IMG/VR virus record: IMGVR_UViG_3300029319_000077
Coordinates: 1-51,907 of that record
Reading direction: 5' to 3' (one strand)
Length of the DNA stretch: 51,907 nucleotides
From: a virus
Taxonomy: Duplodnaviria; Caudoviricetes
Shown: piece after piece, positions 34,018 through 44,603 of the stretch
Layout: each line of letters opens with the position of its first letter
Numbering within the stretch: position 1 is the stretch's first letter
Program-made: the position numbers and the translations under genes
Notes under the pieces: model-generated
The model's input: only the letters and a program-made list of their open reading frames with translations
Database searches by the model: none
What the model was told of the DNA's origin: nothing

Positions 34018-36456
34018 TCTTTGGGCTATCTCTCTATCTTTTTCATCCGGCAAAACACTGGGTGATAGAGCTAGCCCCAAGTCCGGCTCTGCAAACAAAT
34101 CTGCTTCTACATCAGGTATATCTATTTGATTGAGCCTATCCTGTAACGCAGCAATATTTATTTGTGGCTCCTCAACTATCGGCGCTTGTGGCACTGGTTG
34201 AAATACTTTATCCATTATTTCTTGGCTACCTATAGACTGCATAAATCTGCCTTGATTGGTCTGTAATTTTTCAGCTGGAACCTCTGATTTAGACTCATGT
34301 ATGTCAAGCGGCTCTACACTATCAGCTGTCAAGCCACTTACAACAGCTCTTACCTCTTCTCTTATGTCCGGATTAGCCTGGTATATTTGAAACAATCTTC
34401 TTGTATGTTGACCAAAACTTTGTGGATCGTATGCAGCTTTTTCTGCACCCTCAGTTAGCCAATCAACAAATTGTTTGTTTGTTAAAAGTTTTGCTGAAGC
34501 ATAAGGCCCAACCAGTCCACCCAGTCCATATTCAAAACCTTCTGATCCTAAAAATCTTCCGCCAAGCAAATCACCAGTCAAAAGTCCTAGCGTTCCTAAC
34601 GCATACCCTACTCTTGCAGTACCGGATGGATTAGCCATTTGTGCTGCTGACTTGCCAATTCTGTCAACAGTAAAGACAAGGTTGTCTAAAGAAGGAACCA
34701 AGTCTTGATATTCAGTTCCTTTGAATAAAGCTTCTTTGGCCTCTTTACTTAATTTGTTCCAATTAGTTAAAAATGTTTTTGGCGAAAATCCTTGTTCAGC
34801 AATATATTCAGCTCCATCTTTCAAAGCCTCCTCTCCTAGCTCTGCTGCGGTTGAAACTCCTGGAGTTGGTAATCCCATTCTACCAAGCATGTATCCTGAT
34901 AAAACGCTAAACTCTTCCGGCTTAAGTTCACCTCTTAATTTAATTAAATCTTCACCACCATCTCGAGCACCACTGAGAACATACTTTAAAGCATTGGTTG
35001 ATCTTACTTCACCCTTTTTGATTATTTCATCTATATATTTCATGCCACCAGCTTTTGCTGAATTTTCGCGCACAAACTTATTTGCAGACTTATACATCTT
35101 TAAAGCATTAGGATTTTCTGATCTAGCAACCAAAGCATCAAGATCTTTTGTAACATAGCCTACAAGCTCTTTTACTTTTCTTTGTGCACCTGAAAGAGCG
35201 CCCTGGCTTTCAGCCCTTCTTAGGTCATGCATTACTGAGGATCTAAAATCTTTTAGATTGTTATAACTTAACACACCCTCTTTTGCATCAGACAATACTT
35301 TTTCTGCTTGACGTAATGCTGTATGAAGCTCAGGTTTTCCGGTAGCTGTTTTAGATCTAGCTAAATATTTATTAACAAATTCAGTTGTGTGCTTTGCGTC
35401 AGAAACTAAATTATCAGGAATAAACTCGTTTACTTTGTTATACATACTTGTAACCTGGTTGTCGTATCTTACTCTTGCTGCTCTTGCAGAGTTCATTAAT
35501 CTTTCAGCAGCTTCAGAGGATGTTCTTACACCGCCATATTGTTCGGCCAACTCTTTAGCAAAATTGTCAATCTGATTTATAGTTTGTGTTGCATTGTCAT
35601 GCATAATTTTTGTTGAGGTCGGAGCTGCTGCTAACGCTGACTCAGCTAAATTTAAAACAGGGTTTGCAGTTACTTGTCCTGCTGTTGGATCTGTTATACC
35701 GGCTGACTCCATTCTTTGTTTTGCAATTTTTGCCTCAGGTGTTAAAGAACCAGTTGCATATCTGATAGGTTGTCCAGCAACATACTTAACGCCTTTTACT
35801 ATTTTATTTATAACAGGTCCACCAGCTGCATTTATTGTAGCTGTTGTGCCAACATCAAATAAACGCTCCATACCAGTTCTGCTATCTTCAGTCTCGCCAA
35901 AGAAATCTAAAATACCTATGTATGCCTCTCTTGCAGCAGCACTTCCAGCTCCTTCTCCAGCAACTACGCCAGCTGTCACACCAACCGGACCAGCGGGTGC
36001 GCCGACAATACCACCGCCAATAGCACCACCAATAGCACCGACAGTTTCAGCTATTTCAGGACCCACATCTAATAAATCTCTACCTGTTGGAAAAGGTATT
36101 CCAAACAATCTAAAGTCTTCATCAAATAAAGTAAGCTGTCCTGTTGCTGGGTTTGTAAAAACGAAATTACCTCTACCAAATTTTGCAGATCCATTTTCAG
36201 GATCTAAAATCTCAACGGGTAATGCGTCCGGAAAATACTGTTGTAATGTTGCTAACCTATCTTCAGGTTTTTGGGCTGCGCCAACAGCTGCCCGAACATT
36301 TGCGGGTGCACCAGTTCTTGTATCAACTGAATTTACAATTCGCTCCTGGGCGATTTGATCTATCAATGCATCCTCATAATTTTCTGATGAAGGTTGTTCG
36401 CCTTCAATCATTGAAAGCAAAATATCGTTGTCTAGTTGTTTAAAACCATCATTCAT
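33994..36456 (-). CDS. Large internal virion (DNA ejection) protein
   Basis: 820 aa, helical, with a G/A-rich membrane-like segment; last gene of the ejection cluster. Confidence 0.65.
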   Translation of the reverse strand: MNDGFKQLDNDILLSMIEGEQPSSENYEDALIDQIAQERIVNSVDTRTGAPANVRAAVGAAQKPEDRLATLQQYFPDALPVEILDPENGSAKFGRGNFVFTNPATGQLTLFDEDFRLFGIPFPTGRDLLDVGPEIAETVGAIGGAIGGGIVGAPAGPVGVTAGVVAGEGAGSAAAREAYIGILDFFGETEDSRTGMERLFDVGTTATINAAGGPVINKIVKGVKYVAGQPIRYATGSLTPEAKIAKQRMESAGITDPTAGQVTANPVLNLAESALAAAPTSTKIMHDNATQTINQIDNFAKELAEQYGGVRTSSEAAERLMNSARAARVRYDNQVTSMYNKVNEFIPDNLVSDAKHTTEFVNKYLARSKTATGKPELHTALRQAEKVLSDAKEGVLSYNNLKDFRSSVMHDLRRAESQGALSGAQRKVKELVGYVTKDLDALVARSENPNALKMYKSANKFVRENSAKAGGMKYIDEIIKKGEVRSTNALKYVLSGARDGGEDLIKLRGELKPEEFSVLSGYMLGRMGLPTPGVSTAAELGEEALKDGAEYIAEQGFSPKTFLTNWNKLSKEAKEALFKGTEYQDLVPSLDNLVFTVDRIGKSAAQMANPSGTARVGYALGTLGLLTGDLLGGRFLGSEGFEYGLGGLVGPYASAKLLTNKQFVDWLTEGAEKAAYDPQSFGQHTRRLFQIYQANPDIREEVRAVVSGLTADSVEPLDIHESKSEVPAEKLQTNQGRFMQSIGSQEIMDKVFQPVPQAPIVEEPQINIAALQDRLNQIDIPDVEADLFAEPDLGLALSPSVLPDEKDREIAQRLGFDNVV

Positions 36457-37067
36457 AACAAGCCTCTCTCTTGTAGTTTTGCTTTGAGCTCAGGATCGGT
36501 TTTAGCTCTCTCTAACAATTCTTTAAGGGCATCCTCAGCAGTAGCAGAGCCACCAAATTTTTCAACTTCTTTTTTTGTTCTCTCATAAGCCTTACCCGCC
36601 TGGCCCTTCATCCCGGCATATGCATCTCTTCTTGCTTGTCTTTTAGCAAGCATGGTTCCTTCATCATCGCCAAACTCAGGAAAATAAGTTTTGTTAATCC
36701 AAACAATCTCACTGTCATTTATTACCGCACCAGTTTCTTGTCTAAGTTGAGCTGTTGAAAAATCTAATTTTGCTCTTTCGTATTGCTTATATTTTGGCGA
36801 GGACAGAAATCGTTCTATAGCATCGGGAACAAAAGGTAAATTATTCACTGCTATATCATAAACATTAACAGGGTTAAATCCGCTATCCTCCAACTCTTCT
36901 AACTGACGCAATGCATTCTCCATTCGAATAGCAAAGTTTGCTTGCCTTTTTTGTCCCTCAGTAAGAGGATCTTTTACTTTTTCAGTTCCAGGCAAAATTT
37001 CTGAAACTACTGCTGTAGTAGGCTCAGTCGCTGCAATCTCTTTTTCATCTATTTTTCTAAACGGCAT
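36453..37067 (-). CDS. Putative ejection protein
   Basis: LTEGQ, LRQETGAVI..SE and YFP.FGD motifs. Confidence 0.55.
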   Translation of the reverse strand: MPFRKIDEKEIAATEPTTAVVSEILPGTEKVKDPLTEGQKRQANFAIRMENALRQLEELEDSGFNPVNVYDIAVNNLPFVPDAIERFLSSPKYKQYERAKLDFSTAQLRQETGAVINDSEIVWINKTYFPEFGDDEGTMLAKRQARRDAYAGMKGQAGKAYERTKKEVEKFGGSATAEDALKELLERAKTDPELKAKLQERGLL

Positions 37068-37069
37068 AA

Positions 37070-37861
37070 TTATTCAAAAACTCCTTGGTTGCCCTCAGCA
37101 TCTACATAAACCGGTAATCCAGTCTTTGGATCAGTTTTTCCTGTATAAGTATAAATGACTCCGTTTTCTTCTACGGTTGATGGTATCGTTCCAACATTAG
37201 AGCCTCTCTTTTGTAGGATACCTTTTATGTCTATGCCAGGCTGCTGAACTTGTACAGTTCCTTGTTCGGTCTGTTGTAAAGTCACTTTTGGCTGTTCTGC
37301 TACAGCGACAGCTAACTCATACTCGGGTGTGTTTTTAAGATTAGGATTTTCTTCTGCTCTTAAAATAAAATTTAAAGCTGAAGCCAAAGTGCTTGTACCT
37401 TGGAACAGGCCGCCTTGTTCAATAGCTTGGTCAAACTGCATTTCTAAAATTTCTTTGGAAGTCTCAAGCTCTGCCTGCTTTTGTGCTTGTAATTGTTGAT
37501 AAGCAAGCATGGCTAGCTCTTGTCGCATTTTATCAGCGTCTGCTTTTCTTTTATTTACTTTGTCCGCAAAAGCATTGAAGCCCTGGGCTAATCCAAGACC
37601 TATAGAGGCCGGCCTGCCGCTTGCTGCTTGAGCAGATAAGCCAGCAGATAAAGAACTAGCTAATTCAAATATACTTGGTTTTTGATATTGAGGAAATAAA
37701 AAAGATAGCTCTTGCATTTGTGCTGCAATGTCATCTTGAGTAATAGGTGATTTTTGTAAGCCGCTATATAAAGCAATAATATCGTCCGCGCTTATTTCTG
37801 CTGTTCCACCATCTTGAAAAGCATCTATTTCTTCAGGTATCTGCGCTCTACCGATAGCCAT
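37070..37861 (-). CDS. Putative ejection protein
   Basis: Helical and Q/A-rich; FQDGG near the N-terminus. Confidence 0.55.
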   Translation of the reverse strand: MAIGRAQIPEEIDAFQDGGTAEISADDIIALYSGLQKSPITQDDIAAQMQELSFLFPQYQKPSIFELASSLSAGLSAQAASGRPASIGLGLAQGFNAFADKVNKRKADADKMRQELAMLAYQQLQAQKQAELETSKEILEMQFDQAIEQGGLFQGTSTLASALNFILRAEENPNLKNTPEYELAVAVAEQPKVTLQQTEQGTVQVQQPGIDIKGILQKRGSNVGTIPSTVEENGVIYTYTGKTDPKTGLPVYVDAEGNQGVFE

Positions 37862-39248
37862 AACTGCCTCCGAACAAACTACCTAATCCACCGAACACAC
37901 CGAGTCCAGCTGCTAGTCCTGTTTGCAAGGGGCTAGGTGGAGGCGCATATTGGATTTGAGAGGTAAATCCACCACCCATTGGTACCGACTGGATGAAAGG
38001 CAACAGCGCTTGATATTGTGCGAGGGGTGCTTGTTGTGCTTGTAACAATGCTTCTCTCTGAGCATCTAGTCTCGCTTGATCAAGTGCTTGTTGTTGGCCT
38101 CCTATACCTAGCAACATGTTGACATCAGCAGCTTGCGATCCTTGTAATTGTTGACCTAATCCAGCTAAGGCACCAGCCCCTCCAAATAGGCCTGCTTGTT
38201 CTGCTCCGCCAAAACCAGCTAAAGCTTGGGCATATCTTTCTCCAGCCCCCAACCTTTGTTGTGCACCTCTTGCTAAAAACTCTGCTAAATTTTGTTGTGC
38301 GGCAAATCTCTGTTGCTCGCCTCCTCTTAAAAAATCTGCCAAGCTTGTTTGTGCACCCAATCTTTGTCCCAATAATCCAGCAATACCACTTGCAGCAAGT
38401 CTCTCTGCTTCTTTTTGTCTTGCAAATTCTTCCAATCCTAATTCTTGAGCTCTACCAAATCCTTGTGCTCTAATTCCACCTATTGCTCTAGTTAAACCTT
38501 CTCCCAAAGCTCTAGCTCTTTCCTCAGCTCCTAACCTTGCCCTAGAGCCAAACGCAGACTCGCCGCCTCTAGCTATATCTCCAGCACGAGCTGCAATATC
38601 TGCTTGAGCACCTTGTTCGACAATATCGCCTATGGTTTTTTGTATGACCGCCTCTTCAAACGGATTGTAAAATTGTTCAGTAAGTGAGGGGTCATATTCG
38701 CCCACGGTGCCTCTGACTAAATCAATTGCCTCACGCAAAGATCTACCAAAACCGCCAACATCTCTTTGCAGTCCCGACTCAATATCTTCTAAACCTCTAC
38801 CAAAACCGCGAACATCTCTTCCTAGTCTTGACTCAATACCACTCAATGCGGGATCAAAAGATCCAAAGGCGCCGCCATAAATATCTCTTGCTTGACCCAA
38901 GCCTCCAATAAGCGATCCTATTCCTTGCCCATATAATTGTTCTGCTTGTTGTAGGTAGGGCATATACGACCCGACTCCAGCTCCTGCTAAATTGAAAGCT
39001 TGTTGCTGGAACGGACTAAAGCCTGCAATTTCTCGCGGTATTACAATTGGGTTTCCTTCAGCATCAAAGAATGTTCTCTCAGCTGCTTGCATGGCGCCAG
39101 GAATAAATCCACCCTGACCACCAACACCAAATAACATTTGTTGAATTATGGGATCCATCCCCTGCAATGTGGTTACAGCTCCAGTTGCGTAAGGAGCTCC
39201 GCCTTCTTGCATTTCTATAACTTCTTTTTTAACTTCTTGGTCTTGCAT
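37848..39248 (-). CDS. Internal virion/DNA pilot protein
   Basis: G/A/Q-rich; YNPFEE.VI, AFGSRA, IGGQQQ..Q..LD motifs and a Gly-rich hydrophobic C-terminus. Confidence 0.65.
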   Translation of the reverse strand: MQDQEVKKEVIEMQEGGAPYATGAVTTLQGMDPIIQQMLFGVGGQGGFIPGAMQAAERTFFDAEGNPIVIPREIAGFSPFQQQAFNLAGAGVGSYMPYLQQAEQLYGQGIGSLIGGLGQARDIYGGAFGSFDPALSGIESRLGRDVRGFGRGLEDIESGLQRDVGGFGRSLREAIDLVRGTVGEYDPSLTEQFYNPFEEAVIQKTIGDIVEQGAQADIAARAGDIARGGESAFGSRARLGAEERARALGEGLTRAIGGIRAQGFGRAQELGLEEFARQKEAERLAASGIAGLLGQRLGAQTSLADFLRGGEQQRFAAQQNLAEFLARGAQQRLGAGERYAQALAGFGGAEQAGLFGGAGALAGLGQQLQGSQAADVNMLLGIGGQQQALDQARLDAQREALLQAQQAPLAQYQALLPFIQSVPMGGGFTSQIQYAPPPSPLQTGLAAGLGVFGGLGSLFGGSYGYR

Positions 39249-40902
39249 AATTACTAAATAAGTCCATCATTTCATACATAAGATTAGTGCCTCTTTCGCG
39301 ATCCTCTTCAGCAGAAGGAATTAAAGAAACAATCCCACCGTCGTTTTTTTCTAATTTAAAAGAACCAGCTCCTCTCACGGCTTGGCCCGTCATAACAAAT
39401 TCTCCATCAGATAGCATAGCCGGTATATCATCACTTTTTTCTGTTCCAGGGCCGCCTATATATCCATTCATTCTTGGAAACTCTGCGGGAGCAACATTGC
39501 CGCCCTCTGCGTAACCCACTGGTTTTCCACCGCTTAACTCAGGAAAAGTGCCAGCTGGTAATAAACCAAACTCTACTGGGTCCGGAGCTTCTTGCCCCAT
39601 TCTTCTAGCAATCTCTGCTTCTATATTATATCTTCCTGTTGGACCCATTGTGACTGAAGGTGTTAATGGCACACCACGATCTCTTTCAGCTTCATCTGCT
39701 GCAAGTTTACCAATAGCGTATGCAGCTGCTCCTATACCTCCGAGTTTTAAAATATCTCCAAGGCCACCGCCGCCACCGCCTAAACCGCCAAGCAGTCCAC
39801 CGATACCTGAGCCGGCCATTTGTCCAAAGCCACCGCCCATACCAGTCATGCCGCCCATACCTCCCATACCTCCCATTCCTGGGATCATACCGCCAGCTCC
39901 TCCAGCAGCTATCGACTGTAATTGTTCTAAGGTATATTGGTTTCCAGCTCTATCTTGATACACTCCTGGTGCAATTTCTTGTACACCACCAGCCAAACCT
40001 TCAGTTCCAAATAAAGCTCCTTGAAGGCCTTGTGTATAACCTGTAATCATAGAGCCAGCTCTTGACATCAGCCCAGCATATTGATCTGCTGAAAGAACCT
40101 CTCCGGTTATTTTGTTAACAAAACTACCGTCAGCATTTTCAACGTAATCTGCTGGATTTTGTGATTTAAAAATGCCGCCAATTGTGCCAAGCGGGTCTTG
40201 AAACAAAGAACCTATGCCGCCTTGAAGAGCACCAGGAATATCTTTAAATGCTTGGCCTAGACCGCCAAAAAAAGTTCCTGACTGCCCCATTCCTTTCAAG
40301 GCGTTAAAGCTGTCACCAATACTAGGGCCAGTTCTTAATGGTCCTGCAACACTTAATAATGCTAATGGATTAGCGTCACCCTTTGCCACATCAACTACTG
40401 TTTTACCTTTCGTATAAAGAGCAGCAATGGGCTGCCAAGGCCCTGGAATAAATTGTGCAACTGGTGCAACTTTTTTTACAACCTTTTTAATTGATTTAAA
40501 AACTTTTTTGAAAAACCCAAATTCTTCTAAACCTGTTTGTGGATTTAAAGAAGCAATACCAGCACCTACAACTCTTGAAGCTGGATCTATGTCAAATTTT
40601 TCAAATTTAGTTTCTAAAAAACTTTCTATCTCAGGATCTTCCAACATCATAGTTGGTGGCACTATTACATCGCCAATCTCAGCATGCACTAATTGTGTGT
40701 CAGGTCCTCTACCACTCAAAGCTAATTCCTGAGCTTGAGCAGCCATTGGAGCTGATCCGATAGCGCCAAGTCTTTCCAGCTCTAAAAGCTCTTCTTCCGA
40801 CATTTGGTTTATATCGAGCGGAACATCGCCATAGTCAGCAGCTATTGCTTCAATAACTGGATCTCCGCCTTCTTGCATATTGATTGTGTTCTTATACATC
40901 AT
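39229..40902 (-). CDS. Internal virion protein
   Basis: GRGPDT.LVH, SLNPQTGLEEF and GPGTEKSDDIPAMLSDGEFV motifs; Gly/Met-rich linker. Confidence 0.65.
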   Translation of the reverse strand: MMYKNTINMQEGGDPVIEAIAADYGDVPLDINQMSEEELLELERLGAIGSAPMAAQAQELALSGRGPDTQLVHAEIGDVIVPPTMMLEDPEIESFLETKFEKFDIDPASRVVGAGIASLNPQTGLEEFGFFKKVFKSIKKVVKKVAPVAQFIPGPWQPIAALYTKGKTVVDVAKGDANPLALLSVAGPLRTGPSIGDSFNALKGMGQSGTFFGGLGQAFKDIPGALQGGIGSLFQDPLGTIGGIFKSQNPADYVENADGSFVNKITGEVLSADQYAGLMSRAGSMITGYTQGLQGALFGTEGLAGGVQEIAPGVYQDRAGNQYTLEQLQSIAAGGAGGMIPGMGGMGGMGGMTGMGGGFGQMAGSGIGGLLGGLGGGGGGLGDILKLGGIGAAAYAIGKLAADEAERDRGVPLTPSVTMGPTGRYNIEAEIARRMGQEAPDPVEFGLLPAGTFPELSGGKPVGYAEGGNVAPAEFPRMNGYIGGPGTEKSDDIPAMLSDGEFVMTGQAVRGAGSFKLEKNDGGIVSLIPSAEEDRERGTNLMYEMMDLFSNYARPRS

Positions 40903-41210
40903 GGTGTGTTTACTGTAATATTTCCTAATCCTACAACAGCTCCCAAACCAGTTAAATAAGTTCGGTGAGCGTATAAATCTCTAAACTCAGTGCCATCAAA
41001 AGCTTGATGGATTTCACGAGTGCTGTTAAATATTATAGCACCAGTTGCAAAACCAAGTGTTGTAATATCGCTATCTGTATAATGTTTGACTGTATCCGGG
41101 TCAAACATACCTAGGTTTATTTCTAATATTCTGACTAACCTATTGAATGTATCGGCATCTACTTTATCGCCTTGAGCAATTGGAAGCCTTGTTTCAAGCA
41201 GCTTTCCCAC
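40899..41210 (-). CDS. Small tail-associated protein
   Basis: 103 aa, GTG start coupled to the tail tube gene. Confidence 0.55.
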   Translation of the reverse strand: MGKLLETRLPIAQGDKVDADTFNRLVRILEINLGMFDPDTVKHYTDSDITTLGFATGAIIFNSTREIHQAFDGTEFRDLYAHRTYLTGLGAVVGLGNITVNTP

Positions 41211-43099
41211 TATCTTCTACCTGATTGAATTAAATCTAACCTCGTGTTTCCTAACCTAAATTTAAAATCCTTTTGATTGTCACCTGTATTATCGTCATCA
41301 GTTTCAAACCGCAAAACAAACTGTCTGCCACGAGATCTTACAAAAGCTTGTTTGCTTGTCGGAGTTATTTGCGATGTAGAGTTTGTTGTTAAAGTTTGAT
41401 TACTAAAATCTCTTGTTTTCAAAACTATATTGACACCAGGAGAATTATTAGCGTTACCTGTAAAAGATATATCAGGTAAAACTCTTTTGATAAAAGTAAA
41501 ACTTTCACCATTACCGATTTCTAAATCTGCTGACTCAACAAAGACATCAGTCATAGGGTTTGTATCATCGTTAAATCCTGACTCGTGATTATATAAAACA
41601 CTTGATCCATTTGCTGTTGCTGTTGCTTGAGGAGTGTTTTCTATACCAGCGTCAAGCCAAGCATAACGCACAAGTTTTCCGACGCTCCATAAATTTTCCT
41701 GATAATTATATATAACGTATCGCGATACTTCTCTTGTTCCATCTTCTATGGAGGGATAAAAGAACCACACTTCACCAAATTCTGCATTAAGGCCCGCATG
41801 TACTTTAAAAGCTTGTGTTAAGTCAAGATCAGAAAAAACAAAATCTTGAACAGTACACGGAAGTTTTTGCACCGAACCGTTGTAAACATAAAAAGAATTT
41901 TTGTCCATAAAGAACACCCCTGATGGCGCAGTAATAGCTGCCTTTGGTCCTACCAAACCGGTGTTCTCATTAACTAGGTTCATCCCAAAAACAAGAGGCG
42001 GACCAATAAACTGCATAGAATACAAAGATGTGTCTGTCCAAATTAATATTTCTTGCCTTGATTTTGTAGCGCCGATTATTTGTGATCCGGCAGACAAACG
42101 TAAAGATCCAGCTGTATTTTGTAAAGTTGGCTCAAAGTCAAGCTCATTTTCTTGATCCGAAAAAGCAACCAACATAGGATCGATTACACCAGTTCTTGAG
42201 CCTCCTGATATTGGATCTGCTCCTAATACAATCAAGTGCCTATCTACTTCTGAAACAATTACACCCAACCCTACAGTTGGAACTAAGTTTGCTCCAGTTC
42301 TTCCGGATAATTCTACTGCTCTTGTAGAAGTTCCGTCATTTTCAATCCACTCAAATATACCAGCGCCTCTTGCATTTATAATTAAGTTTTCTCCAAAATT
42401 ATCATGTGTCCAAGTTCTTAGCTGATTGGTTGCATCAAGCACGGTAACAGAACCATAACTTGAGGCGCCCCACAAACCAATACCCCAGCCCGTTGTTTGT
42501 ACATAATCATTCAGCCCGACATTAATTTGATAAGTGCCGACAGTGCTCGATCCGCCATTAGCCGTATCAGAGGCGTTTGCAGTGACAGTAGCACCTGAGC
42601 TATCTTTAGCTGTAATGTTGTATGAATTTGCGTCAACAATTTTATCAATTTGATATTCCTGATTAAGTACACTAGCTGTTATATTTCCGCCTAGTGTGGT
42701 TGCTCCACTAAAAGTGACTGAGTCGTTTGCTACTGCACCATGCGATGTATCTGAAACAACAATAGTCGAAGATCCGTTGGTTGCGGCGAAAGTTACATCG
42801 CCAGCACCTGTCGTTAGCCTTATAGGTGTTATGTCAAAAAAAGAACCGCCTGTATTGATATAGTATTTAAGCTCAGACCCAATACCCAAAAGCCTGGTGC
42901 CTCCTAACGACAACCATTCATGTAAAGCCCTACTAGTTCCTAAATAAGTGTTTTCTGAACTGTTTATCCAGCCGCCTATTTTTTCTACACGACTTTTTCT
43001 AAATCTAATTAAATTAGAGTCAACCCATCCTCCACTATTAGCGAGATCGGTTTCTTCTTTATTAATACCAGGGTTAAAATTAAAACTTTGTAAAGCCAT
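41210..43099 (-). CDS. Tail tubular/nozzle (stabilisation) protein
   Basis: 629 aa with beta-propeller-like composition; FNPGINKE, FSDQE and EVWFFYPS motifs as in P22 gp10/T7 gp12-like proteins. Confidence 0.75.
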   Translation of the reverse strand: MALQSFNFNPGINKEETDLANSGGWVDSNLIRFRKSRVEKIGGWINSSENTYLGTSRALHEWLSLGGTRLLGIGSELKYYINTGGSFFDITPIRLTTGAGDVTFAATNGSSTIVVSDTSHGAVANDSVTFSGATTLGGNITASVLNQEYQIDKIVDANSYNITAKDSSGATVTANASDTANGGSSTVGTYQINVGLNDYVQTTGWGIGLWGASSYGSVTVLDATNQLRTWTHDNFGENLIINARGAGIFEWIENDGTSTRAVELSGRTGANLVPTVGLGVIVSEVDRHLIVLGADPISGGSRTGVIDPMLVAFSDQENELDFEPTLQNTAGSLRLSAGSQIIGATKSRQEILIWTDTSLYSMQFIGPPLVFGMNLVNENTGLVGPKAAITAPSGVFFMDKNSFYVYNGSVQKLPCTVQDFVFSDLDLTQAFKVHAGLNAEFGEVWFFYPSIEDGTREVSRYVIYNYQENLWSVGKLVRYAWLDAGIENTPQATATANGSSVLYNHESGFNDDTNPMTDVFVESADLEIGNGESFTFIKRVLPDISFTGNANNSPGVNIVLKTRDFSNQTLTTNSTSQITPTSKQAFVRSRGRQFVLRFETDDDNTGDNQKDFKFRLGNTRLDLIQSGRR

Positions 43100-43161
43100 A
43101 TTATCTAAAATTTATAAAACTAAGTTTACCATAATGGTGCTTAGTTCAATTATAGATATGA

Positions 43162-43593
43162 TTAGGCTAATCTAATAATTGCGCCTGTAGCTGTTGGGCT
43201 AGGAAATACAATCGTAAAGTCACCAGCAGTGGATGTTTTTTGTCCACCAAAACTAATCGCTGCTATCGCCGGATCACCAGTAGCCGTGTCATTAAAAAGC
43301 AAACAACCGCTTGCGGTTATTGTGGCTGAGGAAAAAGTCTCATCAGCAAAATCACATACAGCTGTAGTTCCACTTGCTACAGGAGTAACATTAGTTAGCG
43401 CTTGCCCTTTGGCCGTATAACCAGTGCCGGTAATTTCTCCAGTGGTTGTATATGCAGTAGTGCTTGCCCCCAAAGAAGCGGTAGCGCCAGCATACAAAGC
43501 AACGTTAATTGTATTTGCACCATTACTTAAGTTGTGAACGCCTTTTAAAAGCTCAACCTTGAAACTTGTGCATATTGCTGATGTTATTGCCAT
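43162..43593 (-). CDS. Virion structural protein
   Basis: MAITSAICTSFK.ELL.G.H, GYTA.G and FGG.KTST.GDFTI.FP motifs. Confidence 0.65.
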   Translation of the reverse strand: MAITSAICTSFKVELLKGVHNLSNGANTINVALYAGATASLGASTTAYTTTGEITGTGYTAKGQALTNVTPVASGTTAVCDFADETFSSATITASGCLLFNDTATGDPAIAAISFGGQKTSTAGDFTIVFPSPTATGAIIRLA

Positions 43594-43887
43594 TTATAAC
43601 TCCTTCATTATTTTAGCTAAATCTTCGTGTCCTTGCTGTTTTAATTTGTGTGACATAGTTAGTCTATGTGAACGCAAAGCACTTTTAATATTGCTTAATA
43701 TAATAACATAAATATTTTTTTTGAATGCCTCAGCTTGTTGTTTTATGTGTGGAGCTGCGTTTTCTGATATGCCACAAATTCTGTTTGTAGCTTGTTCCGC
43801 CCAAAATTCAGGGTCATGTCCTTTATTGTTTGTAGTATGCACCTGGACGCTGCCAAGATCCATTAAGTTGTCTTCGGTAAGTTTCAT
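43594..43887 (-). CDS. Hypothetical protein
   Basis: 97 aa, V.TT...GH.PE.WA motif. Confidence 0.6.
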   Translation of the reverse strand: MKLTEDNLMDLGSVQVHTTNNKGHDPEFWAEQATNRICGISENAAPHIKQQAEAFKKNIYVIILSNIKSALRSHRLTMSHKLKQQGHEDLAKIMKEL

Positions 43888-44603
43888 CCTTTTGAAGGCT
43901 CCGGTGGTTTTACATCTCCTGGTACATTTATGACTTGATCTAATTTTGCTTTTTGGAAATCAGAGTTCTTTGATATAACCCATTTACCTTTATTTATATA
44001 TGCGACCACTGGATCATTTAATCTATGATAACCATATAGCCTCTCCCTATAATCAACGTTTGAGTCTAATAAAGATGATTTATGACTAGCCCCTATTTCA
44101 ATACCGTCGCTTATACACTTTGCCAACCAAAACTCAACACAAGCTCTGCCAGCCTCAGCAAAATGTAAATTACCCGCGTATGAAAAATCTATACCAAAAA
44201 TATCTAATTTAGCAACTTGGTTCCAGTGTGCAAAAGCTACAGCATAAGCCACAGTGTTATTCAAATAAGCGCACTTAGAATAATTTATAACTTCCTCGAG
44301 AGGATACAAAACAGCGTTTGGAACCCTTGCATCTAATTCGCATGTATATACTGGGACATCTAATTTTGGCAGTAGTTTACGCATTACATCAGTCTGCATC
44401 CCCGCATCTTCAGTATCAAAAAACCTTGAGGCAGGATCAAGCATAAAAACTCTATCGCATTTGTAAGTTGAAGCAGTTGAGTTGATACCCCAAGTTTCAT
44501 CATACTCAATGCTATTTTGAAGAGATACTGCGTAATCTACCTGAGATCCGCCCATACCTATAAGGGCAATCTTTTTGCCTTTAAGACTTTTTAATTGTTT
44601 CAT
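43884..44603 (-). CDS. Rossmann-like sugar transferase (Maf/sialyltransferase-like)
   Basis: KIALIGMGGS, WGIN, NTVAYAV and IFGIDF follow the GT29/GT42/Maf pattern. Confidence 0.5.
   Translation of the reverse strand: MKQLKSLKGKKIALIGMGGSQVDYAVSLQNSIEYDETWGINSTASTYKCDRVFMLDPASRFFDTEDAGMQTDVMRKLLPKLDVPVYTCELDARVPNAVLYPLEEVINYSKCAYLNNTVAYAVAFAHWNQVAKLDIFGIDFSYAGNLHFAEAGRACVEFWLAKCISDGIEIGASHKSSLLDSNVDYRERLYGYHRLNDPVVAYINKGKWVISKNSDFQKAKLDQVINVPGDVKPPEPSKG

Noticed and set aside
35594-36358. 254-aa plus-strand ORF
   Set aside because: Codon-mirror of the G/A-rich ejection protein; no independent signals.
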